DNA of 64,000 nucleotides from Acidobacteriota bacterium (lineage in GTDB: Bacteria > Acidobacteriota > Thermoanaerobaculia > Thermoanaerobaculales > Sulfomarinibacteraceae). Shown here piece after piece: positions 36,763 through 45,310 of this stretch. Numbering within the stretch: the first letter of the stretch is position 1; every line of letters begins with the position of its first letter. The notes beneath the pieces were generated by a model. That model was not told where the DNA came from and searched no databases. It saw nothing but the letters and a program-made list of their open reading frames with translations. The stretch lies in the NCBI GenBank assembly GCA_022340665.1, contig JAJDNM010000125.1:28829-92828 (forward strand). The letters are read 5' to 3'. Made by a program: the position numbers and the translations under genes.

Positions 36763-37505
36763 CAGCCGTCGCCGACGTTGGACCGCGTTCGTTCGAGGGT
36801 GGTATCCACCAGGAACCAACCCCCATCCGGTTGCACCTGCACGCTGGTTCGGGTCTCGAGCCATCCGGGAACGATCATTGCGAGCCGATCGCCGTCACGC
36901 ATCGCCCACCCGTCGTGAAAATGACCCCAGAGCATCACATCAATCCCGTCCGCCCAGGCCTCTGCGGCGGTTCGCTCCAGATCCTTTATCGGTTTGACGT
37001 AGCGAAATCGTTTGTTGGTGGACGCAAGACGAGCTTCCATCCCCCGGACGATGGCCACAGCGACAGATTGCGGGAGAAAGTGGGCCCAACGCCGGGCGAT
37101 CTCGGCCTTGGACACTCGCGACCAAAACCGGTACTGGAAATCACGGCTGTTCACCAGATCGCCGTGGTCGAGACGATACCGCCGTTCGCCTGCTATGAAC
37201 TCGAATCGGCGACCGGACCAGTCAATCTCCGCCGCCAGATCCGGCTCGTCGAGGAAGAAGTCCCGGTTGCCCTCGATGACAACGATGCGGACGCCCTCGC
37301 GCCGCACGTCGCGCCACGCATCGATGACCTGTCGGACACCGGCTGTCCAGAATTTCGACATGCCGATGAGGTACTGGAAAGCATCACCGAGGTAGATGAT
37401 CTCCCCCACACCCTTCGATGCGGACCTGCGCACCACCTCACACATCGCGGCGACGTCGTTTTCGCCCTGGCCAACGTGCGAATCGGCGATGATCAGGCGT
37501 TTCAC
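36762..37505 (-). CDS. lpxH: UDP-2,3-diacylglucosamine hydrolase-like metallophosphoesterase
   Basis: From GTG 37505: (M)KRLIIADSHVG..., YLGDAFQYLIG, GNRDFFL, GHFH. These are calcineurin-like motifs in the LpxH arrangement (compare E. coli LFIADLHL / YILGDLFEAWIG / HGNRDFLLG). Confidence 0.65.
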   Translation of the reverse strand: MKRLIIADSHVGQGENDVAAMCEVVRRSASKGVGEIIYLGDAFQYLIGMSKFWTAGVRQVIDAWRDVRREGVRIVVIEGNRDFFLDEPDLAAEIDWSGRRFEFIAGERRYRLDHGDLVNSRDFQYRFWSRVSKAEIARRWAHFLPQSVAVAIVRGMEARLASTNKRFRYVKPIKDLERTAAEAWADGIDVMLWGHFHDGWAMRDGDRLAMIVPGWLETRTSVQVQPDGGWFLVDTTLERTRSNVGDG

Positions 37506-37717
37506 GCCGTCATGGTAACGCACACCCAATCAAGCGACCGATTCTCGACACTCGATGCTCGATCCGCCGACCCCGCCTTGACCAACTTGAAAGACGATCT
37601 TTCGGTGTTCGGTATCGATGAACGACGATCGAGCGTCGAGCGACCCGGGAAGAGCGACACTCCGGTGTTGGCGAATCACGAAACGAGGATTGAGCCGATC
37701 GCCTCGCCGACGCTTTC

Positions 37718-38803
37718 TTAGCCGTTGTTCCGCGCAAACTCGGTCATGAAATCGGCCAGCACCTCCACGCCCTCGAGCGGCATCGCGTTGTAGATCGAAG
37801 CGCGGCAACCGCCCACCGAGCGGTGGCCCTTGAGCCCGACCATTCCCGCTGCCTTGCCCTCAGCCACGAACTTGGCCTCGAGATCTTCGGTCGGGAGGCG
37901 GAAGACGACGTTCATGTAGGAGCGGCTGTTTTCGGCCACCGGACAGCTGTAAAACTCCGGGTTGTCCTTCATCACGCCGTACAGGAGATCTCCCTTGGTC
38001 CGGTTGATTTTTTCGATCGCTGCCAGGCCCCCCTGTTGCTGCAGCCAGAAGAGGACGTTGCGCACCATGTAGATGGCGAAAGTAGGAGGCGTGTTATAGA
38101 GCGAGTTCTTCGCGGAGTAGGTGCCGTAAGACAGCATCGACGGCAGGTTCTCATTCGCCGTTTCAAGCCAGGATTTCCTGAGAATAACGATCGTCACCCC
38201 CGACGGACCGATGTTCTTCTGCGCGCCGGCATAGATCAGGTGGAAGCGGTTGGCGTCAAACGGACGCCACAGAATGTCCGATGACATGTCGGCGACCAGC
38301 GGCACCCCGTAGGTGACCGGGAAACTGTGGTACTGCGTGCCCTTGATCGTGTTGTTGCTGGTGATGTGAACGTATGCGGCGTTCGGATCAAGATCAAGCT
38401 CCTCCTGGCCGGGAATGCGTGTAAAACCCTCGTCCTCACTCGAGCCTGCAATCCGGCCGGTGGCAATGATGTTCGCTTCCTTGAGGGCTTTCTGCGACCA
38501 GGTTCCGGTGTTGACGTAGTCCGCAGATCCGCCATGGGGTACGAAGTTCATCGGCAACATCGCGAACTGCATCGACGCACCGCCCTGAATGAAGAGCACC
38601 TGATGGTCGTCGTCGAGGCCAAGGAGTTCGGTCATGAGGGCGATCGCCTCTTGGTGGACCGCGTCGTACTCCGGAGACCGATGAGAGGTCTCCATCACCG
38701 ACATGCCGGTGCCTTCCCAATCGGGGATGTCGGCCTTGGCACGTTCGAGCGCGGGCGGCGGCAGGGTTGCCGGTCCAGCGTAAAAATTCCACGTATGGCT
38801 CAT
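37718..38803 (-). CDS. serC: Phosphoserine aminotransferase
   Basis: 361 aa. NFYAGPATLP, QGGASMQF and the PLP-Lys region GAQKNIGPSGVT are typical SerC. Confidence 0.95.
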   Translation of the reverse strand: MSHTWNFYAGPATLPPPALERAKADIPDWEGTGMSVMETSHRSPEYDAVHQEAIALMTELLGLDDDHQVLFIQGGASMQFAMLPMNFVPHGGSADYVNTGTWSQKALKEANIIATGRIAGSSEDEGFTRIPGQEELDLDPNAAYVHITSNNTIKGTQYHSFPVTYGVPLVADMSSDILWRPFDANRFHLIYAGAQKNIGPSGVTIVILRKSWLETANENLPSMLSYGTYSAKNSLYNTPPTFAIYMVRNVLFWLQQQGGLAAIEKINRTKGDLLYGVMKDNPEFYSCPVAENSRSYMNVVFRLPTEDLEAKFVAEGKAAGMVGLKGHRSVGGCRASIYNAMPLEGVEVLADFMTEFARNNG

Positions 38804-38818
38804 GTCTTCCTCCCGACC

Positions 38819-39700
38819 TCAGGCGGTCTGATGTGCGAAATCTTCGAGAATTCTGACGACCACGTCGCCGATTCGCAACATGTTTTCACCGCTTGACGCC
38901 CCAAGGTGAGGCGTCATGATCACGTTTTTCGCGTCGTACAAAGGACAGGAATCAGCGGGTGGATCCGAGTCATAAACGTCGGTCGCGTATGCACGAACCT
39001 TCCCTGATTCGAGTGCTGCGACGATGTCGTTTTCAATCACGCATTTACCGCGAGCTGTGTTGATGATCACCACGCCATCCCTGAGCTGCGCGATCGTCTC
39101 TGCGTTGATCATGCCCTCGGTAGTTTCCGTGAGCGGCACATGAAGCGAAATGTAGTCGGCCTCTTCGAAGAGCTCCTCGAGGCTGACCAGATCGACGAAC
39201 TCATGGCTCTTGAGCAGCGGATCGTACGCGATGACACGCATTCCGAAGGCGATGGCGCGACGCGCGAGCTCCGTGCCGATGTTGCCGGCACCGATCAGGC
39301 CAAGGGTCTTGCCCATGAGCTCGGTGCGTTTGAGTTCCTTTTTGAGCCATTGCCGGTTCGTCATCCCGATGTGTCCTTCGACCAGCCGGGTCGGTACGGC
39401 GAGCATGAGTGCGAAAGCGAGCTCGGCCACTGAGACGGCGGACGCTTCCGCGGTATTGAATACCTGAATTCCTTTCGAACGTGCATACTCCACATCTATG
39501 TTGTCGAGACCCACACCGCCGCGAATGATCAGGCGCAGTTTTCTAGCCTGGTCGATATATTCGCGGGTGCATTTGGTCTTCGATCTCACCAGTACGACGT
39601 CCACATCCCCCAGCTGACTTGTGTCAGCGGTCACCTCGCCAAAGACCTCCAGGTTTGCCGGTAGAGACGGGTCGAATGCGTCAGAAATCAGGATTTTCAT
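38819..39700 (-). CDS. serA: D-3-phosphoglycerate dehydrogenase (short form, no ACT domain)
   Basis: 293 aa 2-hydroxyacid dehydrogenase. NAD fold GLIGAGNIGTELARRA, catalytic-region blocks ISLHVPLT, NTARG and TPHLGAS. It lies directly upstream of serC. Confidence 0.8.
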   Translation of the reverse strand: MKILISDAFDPSLPANLEVFGEVTADTSQLGDVDVVLVRSKTKCTREYIDQARKLRLIIRGGVGLDNIDVEYARSKGIQVFNTAEASAVSVAELAFALMLAVPTRLVEGHIGMTNRQWLKKELKRTELMGKTLGLIGAGNIGTELARRAIAFGMRVIAYDPLLKSHEFVDLVSLEELFEEADYISLHVPLTETTEGMINAETIAQLRDGVVIINTARGKCVIENDIVAALESGKVRAYATDVYDSDPPADSCPLYDAKNVIMTPHLGASSGENMLRIGDVVVRILEDFAHQTA

Positions 39701-39717
39701 CGTCTCCTCCCCCGCCC

Positions 39718-40959
39718 CTATTCACTCAACGGCCTCACGATGAGGCCGGAACGCAGCTTCGGCTCGAACCAGGTCGATTTCGGCGGCATCACCAGGCCCG
39801 CATCGGCCACTGCGAAGAGCTGATCGATCGAGGTCGGGTGGAGTGCAAATGCCACCGCCCACTCACCCGAATCGACCTTCCTTTCGAGCTCGACCAGACC
39901 GCGAATCCCGCCGACAAAGTCGATGCGCTCGTCCGACCGCGGATCTCCGATATCAAGCACCGGCGCGAGCAGATTCTCTTGCAGTATCGCCACGTCGAGG
40001 CTGCGCACCGGGTCGTTTGCCGGGAAACTCCCCTCCTTGGCGATCAGCCGGTACCATTTACCGTCGAGGTACATCCCGAAACACCGTTTTCGTTCAGGCT
40101 TGCCATTTTCGACCGGCTGCGTATCGAAATTTTCGCCAACCGCCGCCATCAAGGCTTCCGCATCGAGACCGTTGAGGTCGCGCACCACCCGGTTGTAATC
40201 GAGGATCATCATCTGATCGTCCGGGAATATGACCGACAGGAAGTAGTTGTAGGGCTCCTCTCCAGAGTGGTTCGGATTGGCGTCGCGCCGCAGGGAGCGG
40301 ATCCTGGTCCCGGCGGCCGAACGGTGATGGCCATCCGCGACGTAGAGCTCCGGCACTCGAGTAAACGCGTTGGCCAGGGCATCCCGATCGGCCGGGTCGC
40401 TAATCACCCAGAGAACGTGTTGGATGCCGTCGGGAGCCACGAAATCGTAGATCGGCTCGTCAGCAGTGAGCCGGTCCACCAGTCGGTCGATCTCCGGACG
40501 TGCTTTGTAGGTCAGAAACACGGGGCCGGTGTTGGCGTCGAGAGCATCAATGTGGCGAGTCCGATCGTCTTCCTTTACCGGGCGCGTGTGTTCGTGCTTT
40601 TTGATGAGATCCGCCTCGTACTCGTCGACGCTCGCGCCGGCCACCAGGCCCGTCTGAACGTGGTCCCCCATGCGCTGGCGGTACAGGTAGAACGCAGGAG
40701 CTTCCTCCTGGATGAGCACACCGTCACTCATCAGCCGTTTGAGGTTCTCGGCGCCCTTCGCATAGACCACAGGCGCGTAGATATCGGTGCCCTTCTCGAG
40801 GTCGATCTCTGGCTTGACTACGTGCAGGAAAGACACCGGGTTTTCCGCCGCCATGTGCCGTGCCTCTTCGCTCGAAAGCACGTCGTATGGGGGGCTCGCG
40901 ACCTCGGCACAAACATCGGGGCGTGGGCGCCACGCCTTGAACGGTTTGAGCTTTGCCAT
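39718..40959 (-). CDS. DUF1015-family protein (function unknown)
   Basis: Start set at ATG 40959, with GGAGAAG upstream. MAKLKPFKAWRPRPD...VASPPYDVLSSEEAR and ADGHHR blocks are typical of DUF1015/COG4198. An 18-nt gap separates it from serA. Confidence 0.8.
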   Translation of the reverse strand: MAKLKPFKAWRPRPDVCAEVASPPYDVLSSEEARHMAAENPVSFLHVVKPEIDLEKGTDIYAPVVYAKGAENLKRLMSDGVLIQEEAPAFYLYRQRMGDHVQTGLVAGASVDEYEADLIKKHEHTRPVKEDDRTRHIDALDANTGPVFLTYKARPEIDRLVDRLTADEPIYDFVAPDGIQHVLWVISDPADRDALANAFTRVPELYVADGHHRSAAGTRIRSLRRDANPNHSGEEPYNYFLSVIFPDDQMMILDYNRVVRDLNGLDAEALMAAVGENFDTQPVENGKPERKRCFGMYLDGKWYRLIAKEGSFPANDPVRSLDVAILQENLLAPVLDIGDPRSDERIDFVGGIRGLVELERKVDSGEWAVAFALHPTSIDQLFAVADAGLVMPPKSTWFEPKLRSGLIVRPLSE

Positions 40960-41082
40960 GGACTTCTCCGAACACACCCGGTCGTTTCACCGGGTAGGGC
41001 TCCGGCGGCGACCGCCGAGCACGTGAAATCTATCACATGCTCGCTGCGCAGGCCACTATTTCCGTTTCGCTCGGGAGATTTC

Positions 41083-41706
41083 TCAGGGGGCTATCACGAA
41101 CCTGATGCGGATCGGAGCGCCCCAGCCCTTCTTCGGCAGAACATTGAGGAAAAACGGCCTTCCCTCCCCCAGATTTCGGGGCCTCTCGAAGTACAAGAGG
41201 TCCGCCATCGCATGTCGTTGACGAAGCGTCACGGTGTCCATGACGGTGTTGCCCCGTGTCGACCGCATGTTCGGGAAGAAATTGGAGGGCTCGAGGCGGC
41301 GGTTCCAGCGCCAGCTCTCCCAGGGGATACCTGCAAAGGACACCGTACGGGAATCCATCACCGCCCGATCGTAGTTCTTGCGCATCTCCTTGATCGACGG
41401 CATGACGTAGATGATGTCGTCGAGATCGCTCAACCAAAAGCTCTCGCGGGTGAGCGTCACCGGTTTCGAGTAATGGTTCTCGACCGCCACGACCACCGGT
41501 AGATAGGGTTCTCCGGTGCGTTGAACCGTCAAACTGAGGTTCGCCCAGACCTTGCCGTTCTCATCCTCTGCGATGAACAGGATCTTCGATGGATCCTCGG
41601 GTGGTTGTGCGGACTCCTGGGCCAACGGCACGCCGACCGCGAGGAGGGTCACGATGGTCGCGGAGGCGACCAGGACGGTCTGCGCCTTGTGTTTTAACGT
41701 GGACAT
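41083..41706 (-). CDS. Secreted protein, function unknown
   Basis: ATG 41706 with GGAGGG upstream. Signal-like N-terminus MSTLKHKAQTVLVASATIVTLLAVGVPLAQE. No motif recognised. Confidence 0.5.
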   Translation of the reverse strand: MSTLKHKAQTVLVASATIVTLLAVGVPLAQESAQPPEDPSKILFIAEDENGKVWANLSLTVQRTGEPYLPVVVAVENHYSKPVTLTRESFWLSDLDDIIYVMPSIKEMRKNYDRAVMDSRTVSFAGIPWESWRWNRRLEPSNFFPNMRSTRGNTVMDTVTLRQRHAMADLLYFERPRNLGEGRPFFLNVLPKKGWGAPIRIRFVIAP

Positions 41707-41770
41707 GATTCCCTCCTCGACGCCGCACAGTATACGCGTAGAATGTGCGCCGGCCGGGACTTGGAGGAAG

Positions 41771-42931
41771 ATGGAATCAAAGGACCTCAAACGCGCCCTC
41801 TTCGCCACGCTCTTCTTCGGCGCGGCCTCGGGCATCTTCACCGCGACTCTCAACAACTACCTCGCGGAAGTTCATCAGCTCGGAGCAGAGGCACGTGGCT
41901 GGCTCGAATTCCCGCGGGAGCTCCCCGGATTCCTCATCCTGTTCGTCGCAGGGGGAATGCTGACCGTCTTCCGCGAGACGCAAATGGCCGCATCCGCGAT
42001 GGTTTTGACGGCCCTCGGCGCAATCGGCCTCGGCTTTTTCGCTCCGACCCACGCCATGCTGATCGTGTTCATCGTGATCTGGTCGCTCGGGGACCACATC
42101 ATCTTTGCCGTCGAGGGACCGATCGGCCTCAAGCTGGCCGCCGGCGGCAGGGAGGGCCGCCGGCTTGGACAGTTCGGAGGCGCCCGTAACCTCGGTACGA
42201 TTCTCGGTGTCGGCGTCATCTTCGTGCTCGCCAAAACCGTCGGCGATCGATACTCGATTTTCTACGCCGTAGCGGCCGGCGCGGCCCTGATTGCAGGCCT
42301 CCTTTACGCTCAGCTTCGGGTCGGCCGGGGAGACATTCCGTCGCGACGCCTGGTATTCAAGCGAAAGTACAGCCTTTTCTACGTCATCTCGGCTCTTTTC
42401 GGCATTCGCAAACAGATTTTCCTCGCCTTTGGCGCCTGGGTTCTGGTCGAAATCCACGGAGTATCGGTGAGTACCATCGCGCTCCTTTACTTCATCGCCG
42501 CGACACTCGGCGTCATCCTGCGCCCACTCCTCGGCGAGGTCATCGATTGGCTCGGTGAGCGTACGGTCCTGGCGGCCGACGAGATCCTGCTGATCGCCAT
42601 CTGCATGACCTATGCCTTCGCCGGCGACATCTTGACCGGTGGTGCGGTGCTCTTCGCTCTCTATTCGGCCTATATTCTCGATATCGTGCTCTTCGCATTG
42701 CGGGTGGCGCGGACCACCTACCTCAAGAAGATTGCCGAGGATCCTGCCGACATCACGCCGACCATTTCAATGGGCATTACCATCGACCACGCAGTCGCGA
42801 TGACGCTCCCGGTCCTCTCTGGATACATTTGGGAAGCCTACGGGTACCAATGGGTTTTCATCCTCGCCGGCGCTATGGCATTTGTCGGTTTCTTCGTCTG
42901 CCTGAGGATCCGGACGCCAGAGAGACCGTAG
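41771..42931 (+). CDS. MFS-type transporter
   Basis: ATG 41771 with GGAGGAAG upstream. 386 aa with about 12 hydrophobic segments and a GGREGRRLGQFGGARNLG loop between TM2 and TM3, in the MFS style. The upstream part of the track ORF (41552..) overlaps the divergent gene and was rejected. Confidence 0.75.
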   Translation: MESKDLKRALFATLFFGAASGIFTATLNNYLAEVHQLGAEARGWLEFPRELPGFLILFVAGGMLTVFRETQMAASAMVLTALGAIGLGFFAPTHAMLIVFIVIWSLGDHIIFAVEGPIGLKLAAGGREGRRLGQFGGARNLGTILGVGVIFVLAKTVGDRYSIFYAVAAGAALIAGLLYAQLRVGRGDIPSRRLVFKRKYSLFYVISALFGIRKQIFLAFGAWVLVEIHGVSVSTIALLYFIAATLGVILRPLLGEVIDWLGERTVLAADEILLIAICMTYAFAGDILTGGAVLFALYSAYILDIVLFALRVARTTYLKKIAEDPADITPTISMGITIDHAVAMTLPVLSGYIWEAYGYQWVFILAGAMAFVGFFVCLRIRTPERP

Positions 42932-42999
42932 CTCTGACGGATCCCAAAATCACCTCACCAGCTACAGCAGGGACCTCGTGATTGACGAGGGCTGAGGAT

Positions 43000-45246
43000 T
43001 CACCAGAGCCAGGCGTAACCGATCTTGAGGAAAACCGAGCGGCCGGTCGTGATCATGTCGAAGTCCTGATTCTCTTCCCGGCCGTGGCTGTACCCGGCGA
43101 AGAACACGGTTCTCGGGTTGACCTTGTATGAGAAGAGGAGCTGAGCGAATAGGCTGCGCTCCTTCGCATCGACTTCTTCCTCGTAGAGGTCCCGGTTTCT
43201 CCAGATGTCCTCGTATTGGATGATCGCGCGCACGAAAGCCCGAGTGTTGAACTGCCAGACAGCAGTCGTCTGCGGTACATTGGCTTCGAACAGCCGTCCA
43301 CCCGAAACATCGAGCGTCGAATAGAGATGGGAAAACTCCCACTTGAGGTGGCGTCCGAAATTCAAATCGAGGTTGACGCCCAACCGAACGCGATCTCCGG
43401 GCTGCACGTTCGTGTAATCGACTCCGTCGCCGAAAACGCCATTTACCCGAATCGAGAACGAGGCGTTAGGGCTGACCCGGCCCTGAAATCGTGTGGTGAA
43501 CTGGTTTTCGAATCGAGATCCCTCGTAGACCTCCGTGCGGTCAACGAACTCGAGGTGGAAGAACGACTGGAATGGGCCCTGCACCTGGAACCAAGTCTGG
43601 GTCTCCTTATCGAGCAGGCCACCGTTCTCATCCGATGCCCATTCGAGGTTTCCGCCGACCTCGATGCGGTTGTACCAGTTTCGTGCGTCCCCCCACCAGG
43701 TGTATCCTCCAACCAACTCACCTTTGCGATATCCGACCCGGGTGACGAATCCGAGGTCGGCGCGGAAGTCCTCATCGCGGTCCGTGTACTCCGCCACTGC
43801 AAACCAGTCTCTTGCGGTGTGGGCGTATTCGATGGTCAGGGCGTGTCCTGAAATTTCCTTTGCATCCAAATCAAAGGTTTCCATCATTTCAGGGGAATAG
43901 GTGGTGTTCGACCAGGCCGCGTTGACCAAGAACGAGTCCTGGTTGGAGGGTCGCAAGAGCGCGTCAATGCTGCTGAGCCGGCTGGAAAATCCTTCCTCAC
44001 CCCGTCGCTGGGACAACAGTGCTCCGATTGAGGAATCGGCTCCGAGATCATAGCGATACCGGCCGACGAGGGACACGTTGGCCGAGTCGAATGTCTCGGA
44101 ATCGGACCCGTTGACGCCCGGCACGATGAGATTCGTGACTTCGTCATACGCGGCGATGATCCCCGCGGTGTTCCGTCCCACCTTCCCGGTGAACTTGAAT
44201 GCCATCAGCGGGTCGGCGATCATGCGGGTGTAGACAAGGTTTCCACCAGTCCGAAAGTAGTCCGCACTCTCCAGAAAGAATGGCCGCTTCTCCGTGAAGA
44301 AGAGCTCGAACGTCTCGTTAAGGGCGAGTTGAATCGCATCCGCCTCGATCTGTGAAAAGTCCGGGTTGAAAGCGCTCGTGAGGGTGAAGTTCGGAGTGAC
44401 CCCCCAGGTTGCGGTCACCCCGAGATCGAGGTCATTGTCCTTCTCGAGGGTAAGGTCCGGAGGGAAGTCCGCGCGCTCCTCAAGCGCAAAACCGGTCACG
44501 GTCGGGACCACCTCGATGTTCCGGCCCCGCGAAATGCCCTCGAACCCGACAATTTTTTCTTCTTGAGCCAGGTAGCTGTTGGCCCCCCGATCGCGTGGAA
44601 AGAGACCGATGTGATAGTCGTGGTCGCGGGGAAAGGAACGCGTACAGTCGAGGCCCCATATCTGCGGCCCTTCGATGGCCTGGAAACGGATCTGAGTGAA
44701 AGGGATGGCGATCTCCACCTCGTAACCACGATCTGTGATGCGCCCCGCCGAAGACCAGATGGCGTCCCACGCGCGATCGTAGCTTCCGCCGGAACCACTC
44801 TGGCCCATGCTCGACACCCCGTCGGCCTGGACCCCCAGTGGATTGACCATGAACTCGTAGGCGCGGCGTTGATCGTTGAAGGTGTCGATCGTGATCCCGA
44901 CAATGTCATCGCCCCGCATGTCGTCGTGGTCGCGGTAGCGCGCTCTGATCTTCTCGGGCTCCTGATCGAAGGCACGAAAGGCAACCAGCAGATGAATATC
45001 GTCGTAGGTGATGTGGACCACCGTTCGAACCGGCGGCTTGATGTTCTCTCCCGGTCGAACCTCGAAATCCAGCTCGAGAGTGAGTGCGTCATCCCAGGCC
45101 CGTTCTTCGATGATCCCGTCAACCACGACCGCCGACGTGGCTCGGGGAACCCGGAACGGCTCTTTCGAGGCGCCCTCGTCTCGTGCGAACGCCTGGGAAG
45201 CGGCAGCCAAGGCAAAGCTCAACCAAGCCATCACCAGAATGGGCAT
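43000..45246 (-). CDS. Outer-membrane protein, CBM9-like N-domain + DUF5916-type beta-barrel
   Basis: Signal peptide MPILVMAWLSFALAAASQAFA from ATG 45246. The N-domain reads VVVDGIIEERAWDDALTL...VHITYDDIHLLVAFRAFD. A long beta-rich region ends in FLKIGYAWLW (aromatic C-terminus typical of OMPs). Confidence 0.65.
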   Translation of the reverse strand: MPILVMAWLSFALAAASQAFARDEGASKEPFRVPRATSAVVVDGIIEERAWDDALTLELDFEVRPGENIKPPVRTVVHITYDDIHLLVAFRAFDQEPEKIRARYRDHDDMRGDDIVGITIDTFNDQRRAYEFMVNPLGVQADGVSSMGQSGSGGSYDRAWDAIWSSAGRITDRGYEVEIAIPFTQIRFQAIEGPQIWGLDCTRSFPRDHDYHIGLFPRDRGANSYLAQEEKIVGFEGISRGRNIEVVPTVTGFALEERADFPPDLTLEKDNDLDLGVTATWGVTPNFTLTSAFNPDFSQIEADAIQLALNETFELFFTEKRPFFLESADYFRTGGNLVYTRMIADPLMAFKFTGKVGRNTAGIIAAYDEVTNLIVPGVNGSDSETFDSANVSLVGRYRYDLGADSSIGALLSQRRGEEGFSSRLSSIDALLRPSNQDSFLVNAAWSNTTYSPEMMETFDLDAKEISGHALTIEYAHTARDWFAVAEYTDRDEDFRADLGFVTRVGYRKGELVGGYTWWGDARNWYNRIEVGGNLEWASDENGGLLDKETQTWFQVQGPFQSFFHLEFVDRTEVYEGSRFENQFTTRFQGRVSPNASFSIRVNGVFGDGVDYTNVQPGDRVRLGVNLDLNFGRHLKWEFSHLYSTLDVSGGRLFEANVPQTTAVWQFNTRAFVRAIIQYEDIWRNRDLYEEEVDAKERSLFAQLLFSYKVNPRTVFFAGYSHGREENQDFDMITTGRSVFLKIGYAWLW

Positions 45247-45310
45247 GGCATGAGACACAACCCTTACCTGGATTCCGCTCCCCTGGCGCATTTCTTAATG
45301 CGTCCGCCGC

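Noticed and set aside
37506-37717. 212-nt gap between serC and the lpxH-like gene, inspected for a riboswitch or sRNA
   Set aside because: I saw only a short AT-rich hairpin (GAAAGA-CGA-TCTTTC, 37591..37605). No riboswitch-like conserved core that I recognise, so no call.
39619-41502. 627-aa plus-strand ORF
   Set aside because: It is antisense to the DUF1015 gene and the secreted-protein gene. Its Arg/Pro/His/Gly-rich composition has no recognisable motif. This is a typical shadow ORF of a GC-rich genome, and the opposite strand has clear family motifs.
41552-41770. N-terminal extension of the MFS transporter ORF
   Set aside because: It overlaps the divergent secreted-protein gene. ATG 41771 has a strong GGAGGAAG SD and begins just before the first TM segment.
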